This document shows positions 1-13,552 of a stretch of 64,000 nucleotides of DNA, piece by piece; the first letter of the stretch is position 1, and each line of letters starts with the position of its first letter. Below the pieces are notes generated by a model. That model did not search any database. It saw only the letters and a program-made list of their open reading frames with translations, and was not told where the DNA came from. Origin of the DNA: Eledone cirrhosa (taxonomy: Eukaryota); the NCBI GenBank assembly GCA_964016885.1, contig OZ024743.1, positions 363,506,001 through 363,570,000 of the forward strand, in the 5' to 3' direction. The translations under genes were made by a program, and so were the position numbers.

Positions 1-199
1 CTCTGCTAAGAGTATTGCAATCGCTTGTCAGATTACAGAAAAAAGTGCACCATTAGGCTACGGCCAGCCACACGAACTTGTAACAGGTCTTGAACAAACA
101 ATGCCTGTATGCTTTAAAGATTTTTTAAGCGGGGAAAGGCCTTGCACTCGACCAATCCCACTCTCTGAGCATCGAAAACACTACCCGAAATGGAGAATA

Positions 200-262
<63 letters not shown>

Positions 263-267
<5 letters not shown>

Positions 268-1077
268 TTTATTTTGTTTGACCTGTTTAGCTTGACTTGT
301 TTTTTGGCTTAGGTGGTTAATGCCTTCTTGACCACTTTTCAGTTTGTATGGCGTTTTAAAATATCGTTTAGCTCTAGTTTTTCTTAACTATTGAAGCGCT
401 TGCCACCATTTCTACGATTTTGCGTTTCGTTTCGCTTTTTCTACCGGCCGAAATACGATTCTCGCTGAATATATATTTATATTAAACTCCCGAGTTTTAC
501 AATTAACCTGTTAATAATTCTATTGACAGATTAATTGCATAAGTTTATTTTAAAAACTACCCGGTGGAGTGCTTATTCGATTTGTGCTATCTATGCAATT
601 TTTTGTATGATATACACTTACTGAATTCATTTGCCAAAATCTGGGAATTTTTCCCCTCGTGACTTATGCATGTGCCTTTTCAAGGTTCTGCGTCACTCAC
701 AAAGTTGGTTAAAGAGCAAAATACCTATTGATAACGTAATATTCCTTGTTCGATCTTTATGCTGAAAGTTTCTAGTTTTAAGCAGACAGTATTATTGATT
801 TAGGTGTCATAGAAACCCTGCATTTGGATTTTACCATCAATTCCATTTGGGTCCAGGTCTGTTTATATCATTTATTTTGTTTGACCTGTTTAGCTTGACT
901 TGTTTTTTGGCTTAGGTGGTTAATGCCTTCTTGACCACTTTTTCAGTTTGTATGGCGTTTTAACATATTGTTTAGCTCTAGTTTTTCTTAACTATTGGAG
1001 CGCTTGCCAGCATTTCTACGATTTTGCGTTTCGTTTCGCTTTTTCCACCGGGCGAAATACGATTCTCGCTGAATATT

Positions 1078-1080
<3 letters not shown>
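263..1080. repeat. Pair of ~215-bp direct repeats (263-480, 865-1080) around a ~385-bp spacer, bounded by (TA)n; pLTR/TRIM-like remnant
   Basis: Both copies run tatcatttattttgtttgacctgtttagc...gaaatacgattctcgctgaata with few substitutions. Confidence 0.8.
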
Positions 1081-1161
<81 letters not shown>

Positions 1162-1492
1162 TATATATACATAAATATATATATATATACATAAATATAT
1201 GCACACACACATATACCAATAAACAGGCGATGAATTCATAAGCTCTGCCCGAATCACACGGCACGTAGCATTAAACATTCACTTCATTTTGATTACCAGA
1301 GCTTAGCAAAGGACCTAACCCATTCCTATAAACTAGCGGAATACCCAGGATAACAACATTCCCTTCTCCCCTGCTGCACACAAACTGGCAGACCAGAGGA
1401 AGTTTCTCTACGAACACTATGAACTCTATCCCAACTCCTATCTTAACGTTATTCTCCATATTTTCCCCCTATCTATCTTCCCAGTCCTCATT

Positions 1493-1624
1493 GTATGGCA
1501 GTATCGATAGAGGGTCGGGCGCCATGATTTGCAATCTTAGAGTTACGCCCCTTTACGGGGTCGATAAAGTATCTGTAATGCACTGGGATAATTGCTGGCC
1601 TTGTGCCAAAAATAGAAACAATTA
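1493..1624 (+). mobile_element. tRNA-derived SINE (family A), internally deleted copy
   Basis: tggcagtatcgatagag head and acggggtcgataaa...gctggccttgtgccaaaa tail shared with other copies in the window. Confidence 0.7.
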
Positions 1625-2280
1625 TATATTTAGACACATTTGTACCTGTTAGGAGACCTTTACGCGGATCCCAGACCATATTTCCTTGCCTTTATATATA
1701 TATATATATATTTAAAAATAAGACTCCAGTTGCATTTTCGATTTCATCTTCTTTTTTTTTATACTTTCACTCGTGTAGGACACCTCGGTTATTTTTCATT
1801 TTGTTAAAAAAAAAACAAAAAAACCCTCACTTTTTAATATATATATATATATATTATACATACACACACATACACACATACATATGAACGCCCATATACA
1901 CGTACAAATGTGCGTACACATATAAACGTAAAATACGCGCAAACATGAATAAATACATGCCTACACACAGACATGCATATATACATTCATATATGAATAT
2001 GAATATACAAGCTCCAATGTATACATACATATATACGATGGGCGGGTAGGTGTATGGCTACTATGGTGGAGGGGGAGGATTGTGGGGAAGGTAGTGGTGA
2101 CAGTGTGGTGTTGGTGTAATGGAAATAGATAAAGAATACAAAGCAATGAAGTTTTAAATTAAAGAATTAAGTACGATGAAGATTATGGGAATATAAAATT
2201 ATAGAAGTTATGAAGGATGAATGAGTGAGTAGTGGCAGGGTGGTATTGGGGTTAAGTAAATATGTGAAATATATAAGATA

Positions 2281-2854
2281 CTAGCTGGCCCGTGATGTCA
2301 AAAATGACGGCTAATTGTAATATCTATACACAATATAAAAAGAGAAGTTTGTTGGTTTGCTGGTTGGTTTCTTCGCGCTCACTCACACAAGTAATACAAA
2401 CACACAGCAAATGTGTGTAACCAATTCGCTACACACACACACACACAAGTGTAATGAATCTTTTAACGCTGGGCTTCTATAGTTTCTCACCACTCACCTC
2501 CTTCCTCAGTCATCACATAGATGTATGAGTATGTAATAATTAGTTTTTCTAAGTGTGTCTGTTTATATATGTATGTGTGGATTCGTGTGTGTTTGTAATT
2601 CTATTGTCTATGTATCTTTCTACATAAACACACATATACACTCATACAAATATTATATATAAATAGAATTTACACAAACACTCATATAATCATAACAGCC
2701 AATGTGTGTAGTCAATTCGCTATACACATATACAGGTTTAGCGAATGTTAAACTATGCCACCCCTTCCTTCCTTAGTCGACGTTCTCATCCCTTCCTTCC
2801 TCAGTCATCTCTAGTGTGTGACGGTCAAATACACAAGGCTATTATATTAGTAGA
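2281..2854 (-). mobile_element. Non-autonomous Helitron
   Basis: Minus strand begins A|TCTACTAATATAATA and ends with a GC hairpin (gccgtc...acgggc) then CTAG|T, i.e. Helitron termini in an AT target. Confidence 0.75.
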
Positions 2855-3457
2855 TATGAATATAACTTATGGAGATATATATAGGAATTAACTACAATGA
2901 AGATTATGGAAATAAAAATATTATGAAATTATATATGATGACGGTAGTGGTGGTGGGGTGGGGTGGGTGTTAGGCACATATACGACATAAAGTATGAGGA
3001 ATAAAGTATGTAAGGGAAAAAATGAAAAAGCTGAAAAAATTGGAGGGGAAATGAAAAATAGAAAAATAAAAAGTTGAAAAGTTGGAAAGATGACAACAAA
3101 TGACAAAAATGACAGAACGACAAAATGGAAGAAAAGAAATTAAAAATTAAAAAATTAATTTTTTTTTTAATTTAAAAAAATCAAAAATTTAAGATATGAA
3201 AATAGAAAATTAAGAATTGAAGAATTATAATAATTATGAAGTAAACTAAAATATAAGGATTAAAATAATATAAGGATGGTGAATATATGGAATTATAGAG
3301 TATAAAGTATGGCATACGGCATATAACACATAAGATTGGTGAAATATATGAAACAGATTGTTTTTGATGCTGGGTTACTCGCAGATAGGAGGACAGTGGA
3401 TGCCGAGATATAGTCTAGACAGCGTGGTGGGACATTTACACAATCCGGTACACATCG

Positions 3458-4068
3458 TTATCTGGTGGTTAATTTCGTGGGGTAGTGTGTTATCCGGTGC
3501 ACTGTCCAGTGAGTAGATATGTTTGAAGTGACACAAGCAGAAGTTGTTTGTGTGGAGGACACCGTTTCCTCTCGAGAGTTCAAGATGTTAGTTGATGAGA
3601 CTAGGATATTTAGTTTTTCAGTAGTACATAAGTGGTATCTTGTGCTACGTCCGATGTAGGCTTTCACCGTTACCACAATACTTCATTTGATAGTAGGGTT
3701 TGTCATCTCGCTGCCTTTCAATTGCCAAATATATTTTAACAGAGATGTTGAATTCCTGATGTCGTCCGTTATTGAACGTATACATGTGTTGAGAAAAGCA
3801 GGATTTAAATGTATTTTCGGTCAGTCCAATGTAGATTTCTCCCTGTACTTCTGCTTTACATACAAGCTCCTGGACAGGCATTTATTTTCCAGTGGGAATC
3901 GAGTTTGTTCTCTACAATTATATTCCTGGTATGCTTGAGATGTGTTGTTAGTTTGCGTGGTATGCTTGTTCAAGATTTGTGATCCTATATTATTGAGGTA
4001 GCTGTATACATTCAATAACAGACGATTGCAAAATTCAACATCTCTGTCAAAATATATTTGACAATTGT
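3458..4068 (-). pseudogene. Penelope-like (Neptune-type) element, decayed Cys-linker + GIY-YIG endonuclease
   Basis: Frameshifted pieces YNCREQTRFPLENKCL / EIYIGLTENTFKS / HLCTTEKLNIL...LNSREE match the PLE endonuclease consensus. Confidence 0.8.
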
Positions 4069-4214
4069 GATTATGTCACAGGTGGCACAGTAATTGAGTT
4101 AGAACGTTAATGATCTTCATCAATGATCGGTAGCTTATATATAGATTTTGAAATAATACATTTTTGAACGTCCTCCGAGTTGGCGGAGTAGTATTAATTA
4201 GTAGTTGCATAAAT

Positions 4215-4349
4215 GTGGTTGGTATTAGGAAGGGCATCCAGCCGTAGAAAACCCGCCAGACAGTCCTATGCGAGCAAGACAACCACTCTTGCCTCAAGTG
4301 GGAAAACTCCCGTCCAAACCCATGCAAGCGTGGAATATGGACGTTAAAC

Positions 4350-4384
<35 letters not shown>

Positions 4385-4385
4385 C
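4215..4385 (+). mobile_element. 3' part of a SINE ending in a (GAT)n tail
   Basis: aggaagggcatccagccgtagaaa...ggacgttaaac followed by (gat)n. Confidence 0.6.
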
Positions 4386-4514
4386 TAACCAGCGTGATTC
4401 CTAATAGAGGCGTAAATGAAAGTATATACATTACGATTTATTTCAACATTGATAAATAATCCTTATAATAATATATGCTCTGAGAATGTTAAACACACAC
4501 TCAAACACACAAAT

Positions 4515-4665
<151 letters not shown>

Positions 4666-4899
4666 CGCGTGTGCACGCACACACACACACACACAGGCGC
4701 GCGTGCACGCACACACACACGCACTGACAAATACACAACCCCAACTACTGGACTTACAAATATATACAACGTACAGAAATAATACTACTTTCAAAACAAT
4801 GCAAACAACATTGGAAAGATATACACTGCAAATATCCAAGGCACACTAAGCAGTGCTCGGTAATGCAGTGACAATGCGCTATAAAGATAAGACTCATAA

Positions 4900-5605
4900 T
4901 AATAGTTTCTAATTTAGGCACAGGGCCAGCAATTTTAGGAGAGGGAGAGAAAGTTGATTAAATTGACCCCAGGACTTGACCAGTACTATATTTTATCGAT
5001 GCCGGAATGTTGAAAGTTAACCTCAGTGGGATTTGAACTTAAAACGTAACAAGCCAAAAGAAATATTGCAAATCAACTTTTCTGACGATCAGAAGATTAT
5101 GCAAACTCCCAATAATAATCATAACGATTTCTTTAGGCAAAAGGCCAGTTATTTGGGGAAGGGGAAAGTCAATTAGATCCACACAAGCACATGAATGGTA
5201 CTTTATGTTATCGACTCCGGAAGGATAAAAAGCAAATCTGACCTCGGCGGGATTTGAACTCAGAATAAAACTAAATAAAACAAAGCAAATTTTTTGAAGC
5301 TTTAATGGTTCTGCTAATAATAATAGTTTCAACTTTAAGCACAAGGTCAGTAATTTGAAGGGGAGGGAAAAATCGATAAAATCGACCCAGTGGTACTATG
5401 TTTTATCGACTTCAAAGGTAAATCCGGCTTCGGCGGGATTTGAACTCAGAATATAACTTAATGAAATAAAGCAAGTTTTCCGATTCTCTAACGATTCTGC
5501 TAATAATTGTTTCTACTATTCGTACAAGACAAGCAATTGTGGAAAGGAGAAAGCCGATTATATCGACCACAATACTTTACTGGTACTTTATTTATCGACC
5601 TTGAA
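4900..5605 (-). mobile_element. Four tandem copies of SINE family A
   Basis: Repeated ggcacaaggccagcaatt...tttatcgac...ggatttgaactcagaa units separated by (aat)n. Confidence 0.75.
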
Positions 5606-6082
5606 ATAACAACAACTAATATTAATGCCAGCCTAATAATTACCCTGTGTTTATCCCAAATAATAAATCACGCTATGATTAATATATAGTTAATATCATA
5701 ATGTAATGTAGATATTCATTAAGTTTAGCTGATAATGTGATGGTTCTAATTCACTGAAACACACACAAGCACAGAGACACACACATGGACACATACACAG
5801 TCTGTGTCCATGTGTGTGAGGGTGTGTACATGTATGTGTGTGTGTGTATGTTTATAGACATATATATATATATATATGGAGGGGGGGATGCATGTATAAT
5901 GCACACGCGGGAATACACGTTCATGTAAATGGGTGGATATATATGTATTATTTGTTAAATTGCTATTACAAATATATTTAGGAAATTATAATCACACACG
6001 CAGGCGCACAACACATACAAACGCGCCCATACGCACGCCGATTCAAACGCGCCCAAACTCACATACACACAGACGCATGCGC

Positions 6083-6445
<363 letters not shown>

Positions 6446-6738
6446 AAAGCAAAGATTTATGCAGATATATTTCAATATACCAATATGAAAATATCGATGC
6501 ATACACAAACATGCGTGCATACATTCATACATACTTACATATATACATACATACACACGCACAAATACATACATACATATATGGGTCCATATATATTACA
6601 TTTGTAATCAAATTTCTTTTGCACACAATCTGATTTCGTGTATATATTATATATGCATGAATATGAATATAAATGTGGACACAACCACTCATACACTTGT
6701 GTGTAAGTTAATGTGTGTATTTATGTATGCATAATCGC

Positions 6739-6834
<96 letters not shown>

Positions 6835-7266
6835 GTATCAATAAATATAGACAAATTGAAGTGGGTGTGTGTGCGTATATGTGTGCGTATATGTGTGCGT
6901 ATGAGTGCGTGTGTGTGTGTGTAGGCATGTGCATGTGTGTATGGAAGTGTGCACATATAATAGCGGCCATTTGTCAAAATTCAAGTGTCGGCAGTGATAG
7001 CCGAAACAAACGCTTGAATCACTGATTAATCGGTGAGGCTAAACTAATGAATCAGTGAGTCGAGTAGTTAATACTGACAGTGCAGTTTAGTTGCACCCGC
7101 GGGTGACAACAATCACCAGCCGTGACCAACACAACTATCCCTTAAGCTGAATCCATCTGTCTTTCTGGTCATCATTTCCTCGTTGAGCAACATCTATACA
7201 TTTCATCTGGAGAGTGGGTACAACATGTACATACACACACACATACATACAGTCATATATACTATA

Positions 7267-7320
<54 letters not shown>

Positions 7321-7351
7321 TATATAATATATATTCACACACATAGGCACG

Positions 7352-7422
<71 letters not shown>

Positions 7423-7453
7423 CTATTCTATTGTATATATATATATATATTAT

Positions 7454-7489
<36 letters not shown>

Positions 7490-7829
7490 ATATATTTATA
7501 TGTATATGGGTGTGTGTATATGTGTAATACAATATATGTACATATAACTTGTGTAAATCCTCATAAAGAAGAAAGGGGCCAGCAGTTTAATATAATATAT
7601 TTGTCCTTGTCTAAGTAAATAAGTTTGTGTGGTGTGTATATATGTATGTATATGTATGTCTGTGTCTGTGTGTGTGTGTCTGTGTGTGTCTGTGTGTGTC
7701 TGCGCGCGCACGTAGAACGATAAGATACAAATGTATTGGTGAGAGGAAAGTAATGAAAATAGTAGTAGGAGATGCAATAGTATGAAGAGAGTAAAGACGA
7801 ATGTGTATGAATCTATCTGTATATTTATA

Positions 7830-8468
7830 CAGTTGTCCCCAGGTATTCGCGGGGGTTACGTTCCTAGAACACGCGCGAAGAGTGGAAAACCGCGAATATC
7901 AGACGTGGTCCATAAAAATGCCTATAAACGTCAAAAAATAACGTAAAATATAGGCCAGCAAATACGGTATATTGTTCACGTTTTTTTTAAACGCTAAATT
8001 ATTAATTTTTTCTACTTTTGGCACAAGGCCAGCAATTAACCCAGTGAATTACTGGTCGTGGTCCATAAAAATGCCTATAAACGTCAAAAAATAACGTAAA
8101 ATATAGGCCAGCAAATACGGTATAGTGTTCACGTTTTTTTTAAACGCTAAATTATTAATTTTTTCTACTTTTGGCACAAGGCCAGCAATTAACCCAGTGA
8201 ATTACTGGTACTTTATTTTTCATCCTTACGGGGTCGATAAAATAAAGTACCAGTAATGCACTGGGATAATTGCTGGCCTTGTGCCAAAAGTGAAAACAAT
8301 TAATAATTTAACGTTTAAAAAAAAACGTGAAAAAAATCCATGCGGCCACGAAAAAAGCCTTAAAAAATCGCAGAAGATATTTACGATTCCACGAATATGC
8401 AGTGGTTTCCACGAACAATTATTAGTTAGGTTCTAAGGAAAATAACCGGGACCGCGAATGCCGGAGGT
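7830..8468. mobile_element. Tigger/pogo-like MITE with an internal ~152-bp tandem duplication and SINE-A insertion
   Basis: Left end ta|cagttgtccccaggtattcgcggggg; right end ccgcgaatgccggaggtac is its imperfect inverse; duplication 7905-8056 / 8057-8208. Confidence 0.55.
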
Positions 8469-8483
8469 ACACACACACACACA

Positions 8484-8537
<54 letters not shown>

Positions 8538-8589
8538 CTCTCTATATATATATGTGTGTATAAATATATATATATATATATGTCGGGTC

Positions 8590-9040
8590 ACTCTTGAGTG
8601 TTACTGGTAACATGTAACGCAGTACAACCTGTCGCATGGTCGGGTCGTCGGTGACTAAACCGGCAACCCCACCAAGTTTACTTGGTGAGGAAGGTGATTT
8701 TGGACACCCTGCAGGACAAAAAACAAAACCTGACAAAGGGCGGAAGAACTCATAAGGGTCAACGGCCATCCAAAAGTGTATAAATATGTATATACACATG
8801 TACATATATATGCATGGGTACATGTGTATGTATATGCGCGTGGACATAGAAATAGTCGGGCTGGACACCCGATCGCGCGGTAAAACCACTGGGAGTGAAG
8901 GATCCATAGCCTTTCTCAGGGCATTCTTCTAGGAGAAGGCAACTCAGGAAACTGGGATAACTCCGATATAAAACCTGCGGCTCAACAGTTACCGATGTTG
9001 ATCTTTTCGGGTTATAGCTACTGTCGCTCAGAGAGTGGGA
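8590..9040 (+). mobile_element. Repeat resembling an RTE-clade LINE 5' region
   Basis: Near-identical inverted copy at 18030-18383 and a diverged copy at 22995-23260; ctaggagaaggcaactc motif. Confidence 0.55.
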
Positions 9041-9198
9041 TTGGCTCAGTGTACAGTCTTTCCTCACTGTAAAAAATATCTTCACGCACAGGCATTGCAC
9101 GATAGAATTCATTAATAATTATTAATAATGGTATATCGTGCAATGGCCATACTCGATAACGAGGGGGCAACCATCATATATATATATATATATATATA

Positions 9199-9277
9199 TA
9201 GGGTGTCCCCAAAAATGTATACACACTTGAACAGCATTCTAATAAAAGTGTGTATATATCTTTTTTGGAGCACACCG
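9199..9277. mobile_element. ~80-bp Tc1/mariner-type MITE
   Basis: agggtgtccccaaaaatgtatacacactt ... aagtgtgtatatatcttttttggagcacaccg, flanked by TA. Confidence 0.6.
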
Positions 9278-9976
9278 TATATTTTAAAATTTAGTTTCGG
9301 CATAGCTGAATTTCGTATATCTAAAGATATACGCTATGTTTGGTAAATAAACATTTTGAAAGCGTAGCTATGAATACCGAAAGGCTGACGGACAGCGCCG
9401 TCTTCCGGATTCCATATATATATATGGGGCTTGGAGACATGAACCGAATGCTACCATTCTATTTTTTTATGTGAACTGCTATTTCTAATAGCCATCTTTT
9501 CACCCCTCGATAATGTGTGTGTGTGAGACACGTTGGCTGAACGCTTCTGACAGGAACTAAAAGATTGATTCTTTTTAGCTTCCCGTCCCCACGTAAAATG
9601 TATAAATCAGTGGCTAGTTGAGAGATAGAGTCCTATCGGTTGCCAGTTGCTAATCGCTTTACCGTGTCGGTTGTTACTAACAGTCATAACCGGCATGGGC
9701 CGGTGTTTGGATTCTGTCGATCGATTGGTTATTGATTAGACGTTACCCGCTGATGAAGCCGTATAAGCCGATTGTGCATTGTTACATAATATATGTAGAC
9801 AGATGGTGCAGTGCAGAAACTCGAGTCCGAGAACCTTATATGCACCCGTTTTACGTGTGTTGTGTTGAGGCAAATAACTATGTGTATACTCTGGTAATGT
9901 ATCTTACATTGCCCATTGAATGCGCTGAGATACATCCGGTACTGGCATTGATAAATATGCTGGGTCCGTCAACCCT

Positions 9977-10043
<67 letters not shown>

Positions 10044-10687
10044 AATATCTTTAAGTCGTTTGGAAGCCTCGACAATGCAAATGGGTAAATCTCCGGGTAA
10101 CAAGATAACAAGATCCGGTGGTGGAGAGAGAGATGTAAGTGGGTGTACGTTGAGATGCGTGGTGTGTATAAGATGTGTAGAAGAATGAAGGAAAGAGTAT
10201 AAAGGATAAAATAAAAATAACAACACGAGAGAGAGTTACCTTGGGAGAGATTTAATTGTCCCTATATATTTCGTATTCACATCCATCAACTGGGGGTTTT
10301 TTCCGGGGTGGGGGAAAGGTTGTCTGTCGGAAAGGTTCGAAACGCGTCCTCCACTGTTTGTTGTTTTGAATATCTGAGGTATTCAGCAGAGCGCGCGTGC
10401 GCGTGAAATGGGGTCGGTCGGGCAGAGGTCAGCGGCCGAATGAGGGAGTGGGGTGGCGTTAGCTGTCAGTCCATTCTCTGCCTGTTTGTTAAATGTTACT
10501 GTGTGTGTGTGTGCGTGTGTTGTTGTCTCTCTTGAGTGTGTGTGTGTGTGTGCGTGTGTTGTTGCCTTGTTCCTCTGTATTGGCAGTGTAGTATGTTCGT
10601 ATGGTGGAATGCTACTGTGTGTGTGTGTGTAGTTGTCTCGTTTGTGTGTGTGTGTGTGTGTGCGTGTGTTGCTGCATCGTTTGTTAA

Positions 10688-12830
10688 CTTAAACCAGCCA
10701 TCCCATTTCGCTTCTCTCGGATCGATTGTTTATTTGCGGTTGCAGGCGTTTGATAAAAAGCGCTTCCTTGATACGTAACTGCCGACGTTTCATTCAGTCG
10801 CTAGAATTGTGACAATGGGCCTTCCATCTTTGTTTCCGCATTTGTCTATGTGTTTCCGGAAAGACGAGGTCCTGGTTTTAGTGTGTTCCTTGATCCGGAT
10901 GTGCAAAGGTCGGATTGTGCTACCTATGTAGTATTGGTTGCACCTGTCACATTCTATCTTATACACGACGCATGTGCGTAGGCAACAGTTCGCATGGTGT
11001 ATCGGGCAGTCTCTGAGGGAGCATGCGTCAGTAGATTTCCCGGGTTTCCTGGAGAGGCATCTTCGCAGGGAGGGGCCCGAGTGGGCCAGGTGGATGTCGA
11101 GGCCCTCCCTCCGTATAGCCTTGTGGATAGCGTTGGTGGTATTCTCGCCCAGGTGTGGAATTTTAAGGAAGCACTTGCCTTGGGTGTATCTCTGTCTCTT
11201 GTGTCTGGTGTCTCCTATTCTGTCTGTGAGCGAGGTAGGGTACCCGTTCGTCTCCAGCACCTCGAGGAATCGCTTGGTATGAGTGACACCACTCGCGGGA
11301 TCGCTGCATCTGTTTTTGATTCGCGCGATCTCGTTCGTGATGTATCCTCTTTTGGCACTGTTAGGGAGGGCGGACTTGTAGTGAACGAACAGGTCCCTGC
11401 AGGCTGCCTTTCGGTAGAAGTTGCAGTGGATCCTTCCCTGTTCCGTGATGTTGATTCGGAAGTCGAGGAGGGCAAGTGACCCGTCTTCGTTGGGGTGTTC
11501 AACCCTGAAGTCAATGTTCTCGTCCGTGTTGTTGAACGCCTCATAGATTCTGTTCGCCGTGTTTTGGGAAGATGTGAGGATGAGGATATCGTCCACGTAC
11601 CTTGAGAAAAAGGCTACGGCGTTGGGGTGGCAGGCGTTGAGTGCCTTGCGTTCGAGGTTGTCCATGTAAGAGATCGCTAGCACAGTTGATAGGCTTGATC
11701 CCATGGGCAATCCCATGGTTTGTTGGTATGTTTGGTCAAGGAATCCGAAGTAGGTGTTGTCGACGACGATGGATAGGAGTTGGTGGATGTCAGTGGTGGT
11801 GAGCCCGAAGCAGTGTAGGTCGGTGGATTGGAGGCGTTCCATCAGTATATTGACGGCTGGGAGTGCCGGGACCGAGGTGTAGAGAGCGACTACATCAAGG
11901 CTGAAGGCATATCTGTTATTCCTTCTGGTGTCGGGATCCATTTGGTGCAGGCGCTTCAACACCTCCTCGGAGCTGTTAACGTGTCCCGGCAAGGTGTCTA
12001 AGATGGGTTTGAGTATTCTGGCTAGGAGCCATGAAATTTTGTAGAGTGGTCCCTCCACGCTCGATACGATGGGCCTGATCTTCAGGTCGGGTCCCTGTTT
12101 GTGTGTTTTCACGAGGTGGTAGAAGGCGGGTAGTCTGCTGTTCCTCGTGAGGAGGTTGTATCTCAGCTTCTTCGGGAGCTTCCGCCGGTCGCACATGTTG
12201 GTTCAGGCGGCGTTGATGTGCTCTTCTATCTGCGCGGGAGTGATTCCCGTGACCTTGGAGTAGAGGTTGTCATCGTCAAGGTGTTGGAGGGCCAGGGTGT
12301 TGTAGGCCTCTCTGCTGATGACGCAGAATTCTTTTCCCTTGTCGGAGGGGAGATAGATGAGGTGCTTCGATTTTAGAGTGGTGAGTTGAAATTTGGTGAG
12401 GTTATGTGTTGTGCGTGTGTGTGTGTGTTTGTGAAGTATATCCGAGATGGAGTGTTTTAGCCTGATGAGTTTAGTGTCGAGTTCGTGGTTGGTGGGTGGG
12501 GGGGGGTGGAGTGGGTTGCCGGGGTGGTAAGTGGGGAACTTGGGGTGGGTTGCGTGGGCGCTGTTATTTTCTGTGGCGCTGTTGATGGCGGTCACCCATT
12601 TAAGTTGGTAAGCGGCTCGACAAAAAGTTGGCCTCGATGTTGTGATTGAGTCTGTCGTCGAGACGTTGTGAGACGATGAACTAGGGTCCGAGGTGTAGGA
12701 GTTTCAGCTCGTCGCTCGTGAGAGTGCCGGTTAGGTCGGTGACCAGGTGCGTCGCATCGTTGAGGTATGGCTCGTTGTTGGTGGATGCGGCGGTGGCGGT
12801 TGTTAAGTTGTTGCTTCAAGCAAACTTCAA
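10688..12830 (-). pseudogene. Penelope-like retroelement ORF: reverse transcriptase + GIY-YIG endonuclease, lightly disrupted
   Basis: IRPIVS, SLDVVALYT, GLPMGS, RYVDD, then VVYKIECDRCNQYYIGST...RIKEH; in-frame TGA at 12203-5 and 10790-2; frameshifted tail LRIKEALFIKRLQPQIN. Confidence 0.95.
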
Positions 12831-12832
12831 TA

Positions 12833-12909
<77 letters not shown>

Positions 12910-12910
<1 letters not shown>

Positions 12911-13125
12911 TATGTATACGTACATACATATATGTATACAGACGTACAGTAGTATGTATATATATATACATACATGCACACATATATATATGTACGTATG
13001 GGTTCACCGAGCATTATAATAAATGTTCGGTGAACCCATACGTAGATAGATATATGTGTGCATGTATGTATATATATATACATACTACTGTACGTCTGTA
13101 TACATATATGTATGTACGTATACAT
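12910..13125. repeat. Palindrome with ~105-bp arms and a few-nt spacer
   Basis: ...tacgtatgggttcaccgagcatt ataat aaatgttcggtgaacccatacgta... Confidence 0.85.
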
Positions 13126-13189
13126 ATTTATATTTAAGTAACAGCCGTACTAAGAGTGGGAAATTAAATTTCGTTTCATTTTTTCCGTT

Positions 13190-13220
<31 letters not shown>

Positions 13221-13237
13221 GTTTATATATATGCATT

Positions 13238-13336
<99 letters not shown>

Positions 13337-13504
13337 AGAGAGGGGGTGAAATTGGAAATAGGACGGAAAATATATTTAATGGTCTGTTTTTCTTCTTTTT
13401 TTTTTTCTTTCTTTGATTCGTCAAAGTGACATTATTGAAAAAATGAGAGGGACAATTCTTTTAAAAAAGAGTTTTATAATGTATATAAAGTATTAAAGTA
13501 TTTA

Positions 13505-13552
13505 AAGTAAAACTGGTTTCGATGTATTAGTAAAATTCATCTCATCAAATGT
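13505..13552 (-). ncRNA. Degenerate type-I hammerhead motif at the end of a decayed PLE
   Basis: UUGAUGA-GAUG-(13 nt)-CAUC-GAAAC-CA-GUU; C3 mutated. Confidence 0.45.

Noticed and set aside
1-200. 3' end of an RLE-type LINE (LQK.A.LGTA-like)
   Set aside because: Needs two frameshifts in a very short stretch; too weak to call
10305-10356. Hammerhead near the large PLE (gaaacgcgtc)
   Set aside because: No CUGANGA core, and it is antisense to the ORF
10790-12205. Selenocysteine recoding of in-frame TGAs in the PLE ORF (known for some Naiad elements)
   Set aside because: The TGAs fall where Trp or Arg is expected, the conserved Cys codons are normal, and a frameshift follows, so this is ordinary decay
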